Position numbers and translations under genes: made by a program. DNA of 64,000 bases from an uncultured candidate division Zixibacteria bacterium (GTDB taxonomy: Bacteria; Zixibacteria; MSB-5A5; RBG-16-43-9): positions 2,592,001 through 2,656,000 of the forward strand of contig OY970208.1 of assembly GCA_963713865.1 (NCBI GenBank), given 5' to 3'. The notes under the pieces were generated by a model. It made no database searches. It was not told the origin of the DNA and saw only the letters and a list, made by a program, of their open reading frames with translations. Positions 41,381-53,341 of this stretch are shown in pieces. The first letter of the stretch is position 1. The number at the start of each line of letters is the position of its first letter.

Positions 41381-44300
41381 TTAACAAGGACAGTTCACGC
41401 ATGGTATGGGACCACCCTTGAAAAGGTAGTTAATGAGGTAGATAACATCCGCAACATTCACCTTGCCATCGCAGTTAACATCGCTATTCTTTAGTGGAGC
41501 TGGGCCTCCTTTGTAGAGATAATTAATCAAGTAGATGACGTCGTCGACCAAAACTTTATCATCTCCATTAGCATCTCCACACCTATCCACTAAACGAGCC
41601 CAGTTCGGGTCCCCAAACAGACCAGGATTCCGGATCCCTAATGCTTTATGAGCCGGGTCAACAAACGGTGAGTTCAGAAGGAAGCGATTCTTATCAATCG
41701 GTGCAGGCCCGCCATGATTGACAAAGTTATCTATATAATCCACGTCAGCTTGGTTAACGATACCATCGCAGTTAACGTCTCCCTGATCTGCAAATTCTAT
41801 TGGTGGCGGCCCGCCTGCGTTTACATAAGCGTTCAAGATCGCTTTGTCTGTCGCATCGCACCTGCCATCCTGGTTCACATCACCACGGTAGAACCCTTCC
41901 TGGTGCAGTAACTTATAGAGGAAGCATTTCCAGGCTCCGTAGGAGAATTCATTCTTTTTATTTATTGGGTTACCATAACCCCACTTGAGATACTTCTCCA
42001 TCCGCATCGCACCAGGGGCAAGGGTATAGTTGGTGTCAACCAGTATAATCGATCTATCCTGTGGAATTGAGTCATTATCAATTCCCCAACCAAGGTTCTC
42101 CATCCAGTAGAACAGTGAATCCATATACTGCCCATCGTAAACCCTGTCTGCCTGGCTGAAAGCCCAACCGGTAATAACCTTTCCACCCGGACCCGGTATC
42201 AAGGGCTTCTTGGTCATTCCGAAGACCTCAGTTGGACCATTCACATCCCACATCCAGATCGAGTTATGCTGTTGATCAAAATCAGCTAAATCTGCAGTTC
42301 CACCAGTGGAGATATCAAGATCCAGCCACATACCATCCTTCAAGCCTTCGATAGCAACGGCACCTTTGTTTTTGATGACGAATACATCCTCTATCGCATA
42401 CTCACAGTCCTTTGTTCCGCCTTCTGGTATCCAGACTCCAAAGGCATACTTGGTGATCTCAAGAGGAAGAATAGGATGAGCAAACTTGGTGGTAAGCTGT
42501 TTAATCAGATAATTACCTGCTGAACCAGTCACCACGAAGCTATTTGTGTCTGGACGTCCTAATGGTTTAAAGGTATGAAGTGGAGCGTAGTCTCCATAAT
42601 CGCAAGTCAGATTGTCCTGAGAGTTGCCCTTGATAAAGGTTCCATAATAGAGCCCACTCTGTAGTCCTGCTCCAAAGTCAACGTAGAATTTTTCGATTCC
42701 GCCCTGGTTATTCTCGACTTCTCTGGCTTTGGAAGCATCGACTGTGTCACTCATCTTGTAAGGACCAGGAGAAACCACTATCGCCTGCTCTACCTCAACA
42801 TAAACTGGCAGAGTTGGATTGTAAGGTCCGGTGTTGGGTAAAGGTCCGGCGTTCTGACCCTGGAAATCTGGCCAGGGTAAGTAATAATCCGGAATCCACA
42901 CGATTCCTCCCGGACTGATTGAGGGCCAGGCTACAAAATACTTGCCATAACCTTCGGGAGTAGTAGCCGGGTCGCTTAAGGCAAAAGCGTAATTGGTGTA
43001 ATCCACACCAGCTAAAGTGACAAAATGACCACCAAACCTGTTCCAAACTCCCAGAGATATTCCTGCCAGAAACCTAAGAGCAGAACCACATCCTCACAGA
43101 TTCTCAGCTGATACTGCAGATACCAGAATTCAGGTGCATAGACTGTGGTCTCTGTGAACCACCAGCCACCATGAGCTTTGATTACACCAATGAGAGCCGC
43201 CTCTAAAGCATCGCAGTTAGTCCCAAGAATCGGGTCTGTGCCAGCCGAGTCTGCTACTTCATTGACCAGCGCAATCTCCATCCCTGGATCACAACCACCC
43301 CAGGAAGGTGGAAATTGACTGTCAACGCATGCAAACCACCAGATTGAGTTAGCACCTGCGACTGGGCCGCAATATGCCATCCCATTATTAGGGAAGGCAC
43401 CCTGATATTGATAGAAATCAGGCAGACCTACCTTGTAATAATAGTCATCTGGTAGAATTGGGCAGGCGTTCTCTGGCCTGTTATAACCCTGAGTCCTGAC
43501 CCTTATCGCTCCAGAACATATCCCGTTTTCCACTACGTCAAACCAGCCGTAGGGTAGACCATATTCAGCGTAAGGACCCCAATAGCTCTGTTCCAGCCTG
43601 CCTGTAATATCGAATATCCAGGATTGATAATCGGGTATAGCGTTTCCATCTGGACAATAAGCTGGATCCAAACGGTCATCTGTATTCATGTAAGTAATCA
43701 CCGCAAACCAGCGATCATAAAGACAGACATCAGCACCTAAGCTAAAATATTTGGTCCAAGTGCCACCAGGAGCTTGAAATGTATACTCTGGTCCAATCCA
43801 TATCGGTTCATCAGGATAAGGAGAATGGTCTATATAGGCTGCGCTCCAGATCTCCGGCCGGAAAACCACGGTACAGGTATCAGAGGTGTTAAGTGCCATC
43901 GCCACCTGAGTTGCATTAAAAGGATAGATCGGGTATGGACACACAGCTATACCATAGCCGTTATTGTCAGGGTCCATAAAGGTAGCAGTCGATACCGCAC
44001 CATAGCACCTTAAGTAGGGATTATCAGGAGTGCTTCTATAGCAGCAAGGTAACTGCTGATTGCCTATGGTGCAAAAGGTTAAAGGCTCCTTTTCTAATGC
44101 CTCAAAATCCTCAACTGGCACATTTTCTAACTTTCTCTGTTCCAGCATCTCCCGAGTTATCCCCTTCTTTTCTAACATCAGCTTCTGGAAATCCTCTACC
44201 GTCGGCTTAGTTGGCTTTGCCTTCGGCAATACTACCGCTGGAAATGCCTCCGGTCCTGGCTCAGCTTTCTGAATCTGGGTCGGCTGTTTGGCAGGTTCTT

Positions 44301-44385
44301 CCTGCTTTGCCTTACCAAAAACCAGGACTGACCAAACTGTAAAAGCTAAAAGAACTAATAAGATTACTAAAATACTTTTCTTCAT
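41381..44385 (-). CDS. Large secreted protein with C39/papain-like Cys peptidase domain and two C-terminal dockerin modules; apparent frameshift near 43051-43060
   Basis: Signal peptide; YCGPVAGANSIWW, then after the frameshift GGHFVTLAGVD and ALSDP; four GDxNxDG Ca-binding repeats (e.g. GDANGDDKVLVDDVIYLINYLYKGGPAP). Confidence 0.7.
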
Positions 44386-45166
44386 TTGAAATCCTCCTTA
44401 GTCAACTTCTAAATTGTAAAAAAAGTCAAGTTAACCATCTTTAAATCCGTTAAATCACCTCCTTCTTTCTACCCTTCTCACCTCTAAAATTTTAAAAAAC
44501 AATTAGAGTTAGCTGAAAACCGTGGCTGTAAGGTGGGATTGTTTCCAGCTAACTTTGGTGAAAAGGGTGCAAAAATTCCCTTTTACCAATTCTGTGAGAT
44601 CAAAATTGGTGTGACTTTATATGAGGTAAAACCAACCACTCCCCCGCCAACGGCGGGGGACGACTATTCTTTTTTTAACTTTATTTTAATTTATCGGGGG
44701 AAGAAAAACTCGATACACCCACCAAAGCCCGAAGGGAGATTTTATTCTCTCCCTTTCCTTCTCCAGTCCATTAGAGTAATTTTCCCTTTACGGTATTTAT
44801 ATAATATATCATAATAAATTTGTCAAGTAAAAAATTTAGAATTTTAAATATATTTATTTCCTGGTATCCTGATTATAGTCTATAATCAATGTGTTTTAAA
44901 GGTCTAAGTTATTATATATTAATAAGTTTAGTTCATTTTCCAGGGTAAATATGAGGTATTTACCTGTCTTTTGGATAACTAATCACAATACTCCATTTAC
45001 CCTCATTACGAGCTAATTATAAATCTTATTTCTTGTTCTCCTGATTGAAAAAATGAGAAATCTGCAGTGCAATCATTTCAGGCCCGCTAAAAATGATTAT
45101 GAAAAAAACTGTAAACAAAAAAGCCCCCGCCAGATGCGAGGGCTTTTTCCAATATGAGGAATGAGG

Positions 45167-45340
45167 TTATTTGTCAACATAGTGCAGATTTAGGGGTTCT
45201 GTAGATTTTGGTTTATCAATCAGAGGTTTTGCCATAACTGGATTTGAAGACTCAGAGGAAAGTGCAATTGGAGCTGGCCCATCTTTAAATTGAAGTAAAT
45301 TAAATAAACTATGTCGCTTATGGTTACATTTTCCGATATC
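45167..45340 (-). pseudogene. Orphan 3' remnant of a dockerin-tagged gene
   Basis: Two frames give ENVTISDIVYLI and FKDGPAPIALSSESSNP...VDK*; no start; followed by a terminator-like hairpin at ~45118-45148. Confidence 0.6.
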
Positions 45341-45422
45341 TTAGATTTTAGAAAATGATTTTATCCCAAAAGGAACAGGAGAAAATAAATTTTTACTTAT
45401 TTATTTAATATAAATATCAGTT

Positions 45423-48116
45423 TTACCTTACCAGCGTCATCTTCTTTGTTTGAGTAAGTTCTTTAGTCTTAATCACATAGAAGTAAATTCCGCTACCAAC
45501 ATCTTTAGCTTCTTCATTTTTCCCATCCCATATAACCTGATAACTGCCTGATAATTTGTCCTCATCCACCAAAGTCTTCACCTTCTGTCCCAGTAGATTA
45601 TAGATGGTCAAGGTGGTGTGGATGGGCCCCTTGAACGTTGAACCTTGAGCCTTTAAACAGAAGGGTATGGTGGTTGCGGGGTTAAACGGATTTGGATAGT
45701 TCTGAAGTAATATATATTGAGGTTTATTCAATAGTTCCTCGTCAGAAACAAATGTAGGTTCAAAACTTATTACTTTACAGAAGATATCGAAACCAGAACC
45801 TGAATCTCTATTATCCCCCCAGGCAAAGTAATAATTCTTATCGTCCGTTGCTACAACAGGAGATTGTTGAATGTTATCTCCCTGATCATTATTGACTCTG
45901 AAATTTCCACCTAAGGGATTACCTTCTGCATCAAATCTCTGGGCATAGATATCCGGATTACCATTTCGGTTATCCGTCCAGGTAACCAAGAATTCACCAG
46001 AGGGTTTTACAGCTAAAGAGAATCCGTTGAACTTAGGCACTTGAGGATATATTGCTTTGATAATCGGGCCTATCTTCGAACCATCTGCCTTGAACCTCTG
46101 AATGAATATGTTACCTGATGCAAGCCAGCTTACCACAAAATTACCGTTTTCGTCCGCCCCTACGTCCGGGAACTGGTTATACCTGCAAACAGCGCTATCG
46201 CTTATCTCAAAATTCACTCCAATCCTTTCTCCAGATTGATTATACAACTGCCCCCAGATTTCAACATCACTCTTGGTCTTATAAGAATTTTGCCAGACTA
46301 TCACAAAGCTACCATTTGCTGATTTAGCCACTTTAGGATGATCACTAGATTGGGCTGTATCTAAAAAACTATTTGCTATAAAATTAGTTCCGACTTTTTC
46401 ACCTTGGGGAGTGTAAAGCTGAGCGAAAATAAGCTGATCCAAAGATCCTATCATCTGAGCCCATACAACCACGAAACTTCCCCTATGATCGATTACCACA
46501 TCAGACTCAGTTGCCCAATATGGTAAAGGACTTTCATTTACTAGGATATTCTCTCCCAAACCGTTTCCGTCAGAATCATATCTCTGAAAATAAATACCAT
46601 AATCACTAAAGAAAGTAATAACAGAATTCCCTGAGCTATCCATTGCAACTGAAGATAAGAAACCTGAACTTTTTTCTTCCCTTTCATGATTTACTTGAAA
46701 ATTAGAACCCAAGAATTCTCCAGAGGAAGAAAATCTCTGCGCGAAAATATCAGTATCACAAAATCTCAAATCATCCCAAGAAATGATAAAATGATCTGAC
46801 AGGGAAGCCGCTATAGCTGGATTTCTCTGCGAAGAGCTCCCTTTATCATCGTTAACCTTGAAGCTCTCCTTCACTATCTCACCCTTCTGGTTCAAGATCA
46901 TCGCAAAGATATCAACATCATTACTACATTTATAACCATCCCAAGCTAAAGACAGAGACCCTGAAGGTGTCTTTGAAACGCCAAAAAAGAATGGACGATA
47001 ACGTGCCAAATCAGCTACTTTGAGGTTACCACCTTCAGGCTCGCCTGATTGATTGTAATACTGAAGATAAATATTTACCCCTCTATCCCTTGAATCTAAC
47101 CAAGCGATAGCGAATTTTTTAGAGAGATTCATAACTGCTTTAGGAAATTGTTTAAAAAATTTTCCTGTGACTTCATTCACTCTAAAATTAGACCCTAAAG
47201 CTTCTCCTTTGAAATTATACCTCTGAGCATAAATATCTTGAGATTCGGTTCTTTTCTCCATCCAGGTTATAACGAAATTACCTGGTGCGTCCATTGCCAC
47301 ATCAGGATTATTGAGAAAGAGAATGCTATCACTATCATTAACTTTAAACTCGGAACCTAAAATCTCATTTTTATGATTAAACCTTACAGTATGAATTTCC
47401 AGATTAAGGCTATCTGTTTCTTGATAATATATCTGTGCTATCCAGGTTGCCACGAAATCGCCCTTTGGATTAATTGCTATCGCCGGGATAGTTGTGCCAA
47501 ACTTTCTACCTGTTTGGACAGATGCAATCTTAAAATTATTTCCTGTTTTCTCGCCTGAAGAGGAATATCTTTGTCCATAAAGCGAGTAGAGTCCCTCTCT
47601 ATTATCAAACCAGGCAACAACGAATTCCCCTGAGGGGTTCATTGCTACAGCAGGGCCAAATTGATCCCCACCCAAGTTATCATTCACTTTAAAATTGTGC
47701 CCTATCGGGGTGCCGGCAGCATCGTACCTTTGAGCATAAATATCTGAACCCATGTTCCTGTTATCCTGCCAGACCACCACAAAATCTCCATCCGCATCCA
47801 TAGCTACTCCAAGGTTATATCCGATATATTTACCTGTCCCCTGAGCATCATTCACCTTAAAGTTCTCTCCCAAAGTATTTCCTGAACAATCAAACCTCTG
47901 TCCATAGATATCCATACCTCCATTTCTTTCATCTACCCATACAACCACGAAATTACCCTCGTGGTCCATAGCTATTGCAGGCATCCTCTGGTTCGAGCCA
48001 CCGACATCGGAATCATCATTCACCCTGAAATCATCCTTCACTATAGTCTGGGCAAAAACAGAGCTGATTAAAACAAAGAAGAGAATAATCCCTAAAGCCA
48101 AAATTTTATTGAACAT
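45423..48116 (-). CDS. Secreted repeat (beta-propeller-like) protein with T9SS-type A/FlgD-Ig CTD
   Basis: About a dozen repeats of P..AMD..G.FVVVW.D.R....DIY.QRF...G..G.NF.VN; CTD QNYPNPFNP...WDGKN...SGIYFY...KKM. Confidence 0.8.
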   Translation of the reverse strand: MFNKILALGIILFFVLISSVFAQTIVKDDFRVNDDSDVGGSNQRMPAIAMDHEGNFVVVWVDERNGGMDIYGQRFDCSGNTLGENFKVNDAQGTGKYIGYNLGVAMDADGDFVVVWQDNRNMGSDIYAQRYDAAGTPIGHNFKVNDNLGGDQFGPAVAMNPSGEFVVAWFDNREGLYSLYGQRYSSSGEKTGNNFKIASVQTGRKFGTTIPAIAINPKGDFVATWIAQIYYQETDSLNLEIHTVRFNHKNEILGSEFKVNDSDSILFLNNPDVAMDAPGNFVITWMEKRTESQDIYAQRYNFKGEALGSNFRVNEVTGKFFKQFPKAVMNLSKKFAIAWLDSRDRGVNIYLQYYNQSGEPEGGNLKVADLARYRPFFFGVSKTPSGSLSLAWDGYKCSNDVDIFAMILNQKGEIVKESFKVNDDKGSSSQRNPAIAASLSDHFIISWDDLRFCDTDIFAQRFSSSGEFLGSNFQVNHEREEKSSGFLSSVAMDSSGNSVITFFSDYGIYFQRYDSDGNGLGENILVNESPLPYWATESDVVIDHRGSFVVVWAQMIGSLDQLIFAQLYTPQGEKVGTNFIANSFLDTAQSSDHPKVAKSANGSFVIVWQNSYKTKSDVEIWGQLYNQSGERIGVNFEISDSAVCRYNQFPDVGADENGNFVVSWLASGNIFIQRFKADGSKIGPIIKAIYPQVPKFNGFSLAVKPSGEFLVTWTDNRNGNPDIYAQRFDAEGNPLGGNFRVNNDQGDNIQQSPVVATDDKNYYFAWGDNRDSGSGFDIFCKVISFEPTFVSDEELLNKPQYILLQNYPNPFNPATTIPFCLKAQGSTFKGPIHTTLTIYNLLGQKVKTLVDEDKLSGSYQVIWDGKNEEAKDVGSGIYFYVIKTKELTQTKKMTLVR

Positions 48117-48294
48117 AGAGCCTCCATTTCTTATTTAAGAAATATTTTTACCTCCCCCTCTTATCTACTATAAATATATTACGAATTATAGAAAAAGCAA
48201 TATATTTCTTCACAAAAATAGGCAGGGGCAGGTTTAAAACCTGCCCCTGCAACAAACTCCAGCACCGATCCGCCTCAAGCGGACAAACTGTATT

Positions 48295-50974
48295 CTAACA
48301 GGCTGGTTTTGGTCCACCCTTGAATAGGTAATTTATCAAATAGATAACATCGCTAACCGTTACTTTACCATCACAATTTACATCCCCGGTAGAAAGCGGC
48401 ACAGGAGCAGAACCTCCTTTGAAAAGATAGTTTATCAGGTAAACAACATCTGTGACATTAACCACTTTATCCCCATTAGCATCCCCGGGCAGATACATCC
48501 CAACCATTGCCCTGGCTTTACTCACGCTCGCCTTCAGGGAATCAAGACTTGTCCTGGTGGAAACCAATGCAAAATCAAGTTTAACTGAATCACCTGGGTT
48601 AAGATCTATCATTTTGGCGGTGAGAATTGAGTTCAAATCTTTGTTAGAACCTTCAATAAAATAACCCGGAGTTGAGGTGAATTGATAAAGTTCACCAGTC
48701 ATAAAATCGTGAGTGGTGGGATAAATATGTAAGTCGTTCCTTATCGCCTTAGCGCCATACAAAGCATCATAGGAAAGATAGGCTATCCCTGCATACCTCT
48801 GATTGGCTGTGCCTTGCTGCCATAACAGATTCAGAGAGGAATCATATCCTGCATAATTATCGTTCCAGTTCGTAACATCCCAGTCTATAACCATTCCCAA
48901 GTATAGGTTTTTAATCGTATCTAGAGTCAGGTTAGTAACCAAATATTTATAAATCATCAGCTCAGAGGAATCTGGATGAGAGGGTGCTAAGACCTCAGCT
49001 TTTATCTTGAGGTTACATCCCAGATCAGCTGAGCTGAAATCACCTTTCTGCCAGTGTGGATTTGAGGTATCGATATTCAGGGTCGAAGAGGCTCCAAAGG
49101 AATGAGTTTGGTATATATCACGGTAGACGATTGTATCTGAGGGGTTTTTCAGGTAAGCTAAGAATAAAGATCCATCAAATAGGCAATCGTCCCACTCGTC
49201 TAAATATCTCCAGCCACAACCCTCTTCTCGTCCATACCCATTGATGTTAGTTACATTGGTGATATCACTTCTTATCCTACCGGTGTAAATTGAGCTCACC
49301 TGTTTAGTAGGACCGTTCATTAAGGTAACCGGAACTATTATGCTGTCGCAATCTACTCCATTATTCACATAGAAAATAATAGCACCATTAACCGATGAGC
49401 CCACACACTGGCTGGGAAGCAAAGTAGCATCTAAGACTACCCGATGGTCAAAATAGTCGCCGGGTGAAACCTCCCCGCTCGGTGGATCAACCCTTAACCA
49501 GTTACCCACTGGATAAACGGTTGTCCTAGTTTTTAGACCATACCAATTATGTACCTCTTTATTAATCTTTCCACCTGATATATCTTTAATGTTACTTACT
49601 TCAGATGAAATTTCAAAGCTGTTCGGGTCTGATACAGTCCAGCTCAAATTACCTGAGGTTTGATGCCCGATAATTCTCAGATTTAGGACTAAGCTGTCAC
49701 CTGCAACCAGAAAAGTATCGATGAAATTAGGTTGGGACTCAAAAAAACGATAGGGATGATTATAAAGTTCACCTGCCTTTTTGGCCATATATATATTCGG
49801 TCCTAAATTCTCCTGACATAAAGGCAAAATCCGCTCAGACGGAGGCCAGAAACCATCAGCATCACCTCCTACCTCCGGTGTAAATGAGATTATCTTGTTC
49901 TTACCTGACCAATCACCATAATCCCAATCATCTATATCCCCATTAGTAGAATACAAAGTTACCCAGCCGGGAGCTGAGATAAATCCATTATAAGCACTCA
50001 TACTATCCCCGATCTCTTTAAAAATCCAGTAATCCTCTGGATATTCAGTTTCATATCCCCATGGATAGATTAATAGATTGCTGTAAGAATGATAATTAAG
50101 GGCAGTTACAAAATCGTGGGCCTTTATAAAATCTCTTAACGCTTGTATCTCCGGCTCGGAAAAAGGACCTGCTCCTCTATAAGTTTCAGAGCTGGTATAA
50201 GGTGAAGAGCCCTCATTATCATACCCCCACATATAACCGAAATTGCGGTTCAAATCAATCCCGTAAGTTCCATCTCCGTTATTCCTTCTGTTCTTTCTCC
50301 ACATCCCTCCGCCAGAAGGATTTGTAGTTTGATTGCGAACATACCCGTCCGGATTGATTACCGGGACGAACCAGAGCTCACGGTTATTTACAATGTCTGT
50401 TACCTCGGGATCAGTTCCATAATTATCAGTCAGGTATCTCATAAAGTAGAGTAAAATTTCAATGGTAATAGGTTCCCTCGCATGGATCAAACCGCTGTAA
50501 AATGCCTCCGGCTCTTCTTCATCTATGTTCTGGATTATCTGAGATCTTCATTGCCCAGATGGTCCTGCCCTCGATAGTAGTTCCAATATTTATTTTAGCT
50601 GTAGTGATGGAAGGATGTTCGTTGTGAATCGAATCTAAAGCTGAATTCGTCTCATCATAAGTATGATACCCTCCCATAGATAAATTCGGGTCTAATCTGC
50701 TTCCATAGAACTCCTCCAAATCAGGATGAATTACTTCAGTTTTAAATCCGAGTAGCTGTAATTTACTCACCTCTTCAGAGTTTGTGACTATATCTATATA
50801 TTCACCCGGCTTAACCTGAGCTATATCCAAATTCAGCTTTTTTGCTTGTAGGTATTCAGCCTGAGTAGAAAGATAGAGCCTGACCTGCATATATTGCTCT
50901 TTTGCTGACCCTGAGTTGAATATAAATAAAACCAGTAGAACCCCCAATCCCAATCTGAAAAATTGTCTTAACAT
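48295..50974 (-). CDS. Secreted M14 zinc carboxypeptidase (carboxypeptidase T-like) with C-terminal dockerin; apparent 1-nt insertion at 50527-50533
   Basis: Signal and propeptide, GYHTY, IG.T.EGR.I, HARE, NPDG, WRKNR, DLNRNF, NYHSY, FTPEVG; GDANGD/GDVNCDG dockerin. Confidence 0.88.
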
Positions 50975-51313
50975 AATACTCCTTTTGTTAGAAAATTTAG
51001 CGGAGGTCTTCAGACCTCCATTGATATTTCAGCAGATAAATCCCTTTTAATTTAGAACAAAGAACAATAATTATCCCCCACTCTGTATTATGATACATCA
51101 AAATCGAATTTTGTCAATAGGTAAAAATCGGACTTCTGCAGAGATCAATCTTAAACCAAGGTCATTCGCAAGCTATATGCATCTTTTGAAATTACAAAAT
51201 TGAAAAGGTGGAATCCGGCTGAGCAGATCCTGTCCCTGAAGTATAAGGAATATAAAAAGCCCCGGCTCTTTTTTTAGAACCGGGGCTTCCCCTACGCTGT
51301 CAAACCGTTAACT

Positions 51314-51487
51314 CTATTCCTCTACTGTATTCTTCTCCTCACGTATATCCAGGATTTCCAATTCTTCCTTAAGGATCTTATTCGCTATCTTGATAAACCG
51401 TTCTAAGGCCAATTTCTGCAGGTTGTAGGGATGCCAGCAAGGCTTCTCTGAGATCAGCTCGATCTCTTTCTTCTTGGATTTGGACAT
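51314..51487 (-). CDS. Small hypothetical protein (~57 aa)
   Basis: MSKSKKKEIELISEKPCWHPYNLQKLALERF...; purine-rich RBS (GAGGGGAAGG); terminator hairpin at ~51255-51290. Confidence 0.55.
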   Translation of the reverse strand: MSKSKKKEIELISEKPCWHPYNLQKLALERFIKIANKILKEELEILDIREEKNTVEE

Positions 51488-51518
51488 CCTTCCCCTCAAG
51501 CCTGAAATTGTAACAATC

Positions 51519-51537
51519 AATAATAATAACCATTATT
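51519..51537. promoter_or_regulatory. Fur-box-like operator
   Basis: AATAATAATAACCATTATT matches GATAATGATAATCATTATC at 15/19; directly downstream of the Fur-family gene. Confidence 0.5.
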
Positions 51538-51555
51538 ATATACGAAGGAAAATTT

Positions 51556-51954
51556 TTATTGGTTAAATTTTAGACAATTTAAACACCGCCCGTGAAATTC
51601 CACCTCGATCTCTTCCACTTTAAACTTTTCCTTTTTTTCTACCTTGACCTTCAGGTTCTTCCCTAGATCGATAAAAAGGTCATATATCTTCCCGCATTTT
51701 TTGCAGATGAAATGCTGGTGTGTAGAGGTGTTGCCGTCGAAATGTTCAAAAGGAGTGCCAAAGTTATACTTTTTTATTTTACCCTTTAGCTGCAGCTGGT
51801 TTAAGTTACGATAGACTGTGCCCAGGCTTATCCTGGGTATTTTTTTCTTGGTTTGAAAATAAACCCATTCCGCAGTTGGATGGAGGTTTGTCCCTTTCAA
51901 AATTCTCAGGACCTCTTCCCTCTGCCGGCTATATCTTTTGAAATCTTCTTCCAT
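51556..51954 (-). CDS. Fur-family regulator (PerR/Fur-like)
   Basis: SRQR..VL, HPTAE.VY, ISLGTVYRNL, HQHFICKKCG, G.C..C. Confidence 0.93.
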   Translation of the reverse strand: MEEDFKRYSRQREEVLRILKGTNLHPTAEWVYFQTKKKIPRISLGTVYRNLNQLQLKGKIKKYNFGTPFEHFDGNTSTHQHFICKKCGKIYDLFIDLGKNLKVKVEKKEKFKVEEIEVEFHGRCLNCLKFNQ

Positions 51955-52553
51955 TATTTTTTATATAAAGATTTTACCTGAATGAACTCCTCGATACCGG
52001 GCGGAACCAAATATCGGATCGATTTCCCGGCTCTGACCTTCTCCCTTATCTGGGTAGAAGAGATATCCAGTCCATTTATCGGGACGGAAAGGCTTTTTTG
52101 AGCAAATTTATTCTTCTGGTCAATCTTGTCAAGTCCGGGTCTTAAAGCGATTACGACTTTTACCTCTTGGAATATCTTGTCCGGCTCTTTCCAGCTCTCA
52201 ATTTCATCTAAAACATCCGAACCCAAAAGAAGGAAAAGCTCTGAGCTGGGATAAAGCTTTTTAAATTCATTTAGAGTATCGACGGTATAGGACTTCCCTT
52301 CCCTTTTCAGCTCAAGGTCAGAAAGGATGAAAAAAGGATTGTCTTTGATGGCTATCTGGGTCATCCTCAGGCGGTCTTCAGCTGAAGAGACCAAAGAATT
52401 CTTCTTATGCGGAGGATTAGCTGAAGGGACGAAGATTACCTTTTTTAAATCCAGCCCCTCTCTCAACTGCTCCGCTAAGATCAGATGACCTGAGTGGATT
52501 GGATCGAAGGTTCCTCCTAAAATTCCCAATCTATCTTTTTTATCTTTTTGCAT
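51954..52553 (-). CDS. nadD: Nicotinate-nucleotide adenylyltransferase
   Basis: GGTFDPIHSGHL, PPHK, SYTVDTL, ISSTQIRE. Confidence 0.97.
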   Translation of the reverse strand: MQKDKKDRLGILGGTFDPIHSGHLILAEQLREGLDLKKVIFVPSANPPHKKNSLVSSAEDRLRMTQIAIKDNPFFILSDLELKREGKSYTVDTLNEFKKLYPSSELFLLLGSDVLDEIESWKEPDKIFQEVKVVIALRPGLDKIDQKNKFAQKSLSVPINGLDISSTQIREKVRAGKSIRYLVPPGIEEFIQVKSLYKK

Positions 52554-52567
52554 CTTGATTAAACTTT

Positions 52568-53329
52568 TTATTTCTGTGCCTGGACTCTTTCCTTATCCAG
52601 TTTTTTCAACCTGTTTTTAACTTTACCTGTTAATTTATCCCCGGGATACTTCTCTAAAAATTTACGGTACTCCAGCTCAGCCAGATCATATTTTTTCTGC
52701 TGCCAGTAGGTCTCGGCTATAAAGAAACTGGAAGAGGGGGAAAACTTGGTATCAGGGTATTGGTCTAAAACTTCCTGAAGATAAAGTAAAGTTGCCTCAT
52801 AATGCTTCAGCTTATAATAAATGCATCCACTCTTGTAGAATTTCTGAGCTATCTTGGACCGGGCTTCAAATAAAAGCTGTTGTGCTTCCGGGAAATGCTC
52901 GCTTGCCGGATATTCTTCTAAAAAGCTTTCTAATTCTCCAATGGCTTGCAGTGTATTTTTTTGATCCAGCTCAGCCTTAGGCGAATCGTTATAATGGGCA
53001 AAGGCTATCATAAAAGAGGCATCATCTGCCAGGGAGCTGGTGGAGAAAGAGGTAAGTAATTTCTTGAACTCTCCCACTGAAGCCGGATAGTCTTTCTCTT
53101 TGAAATAGCACATTCCGAAAAGGAACTGGGCTGAGTCAATAAAGGCCGCACCCGGATAGTTAAAAATCAATTTCTGAAACTCCAGGACAGCGTCAGAATA
53201 TTTTTTTTTCTCATATTCGCTTTTGGCTAAATTAAACTGTTCTTCCGCACCCAATATCAGACCTACTTTATGACCGGCACAGCCCAGAATTAACAGCAAA
53301 AGTCCGAATAAATACCATCTTCTTATCAT
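52568..53329 (-). CDS. bamD: Outer-membrane assembly lipoprotein BamD
   Basis: Lipobox ILGC, TPRs, SP..ELDQ..T..AI..L..F...YP.S. Confidence 0.85.
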   Translation of the reverse strand: MIRRWYLFGLLLLILGCAGHKVGLILGAEEQFNLAKSEYEKKKYSDAVLEFQKLIFNYPGAAFIDSAQFLFGMCYFKEKDYPASVGEFKKLLTSFSTSSLADDASFMIAFAHYNDSPKAELDQKNTLQAIGELESFLEEYPASEHFPEAQQLLFEARSKIAQKFYKSGCIYYKLKHYEATLLYLQEVLDQYPDTKFSPSSSFFIAETYWQQKKYDLAELEYRKFLEKYPGDKLTGKVKNRLKKLDKERVQAQK

Positions 53330-53341
53330 CTTTCTCCCTTG

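Noticed and set aside
44533-44814. 93-aa + strand ORF
   Set aside because: Antisense to a structured leader; GTG start without support.
50490-50535. Selenocysteine or stop read-through at TGA (also lptD 62294)
   Set aside because: The downstream coding sequence is in a different frame, so read-through cannot join them.
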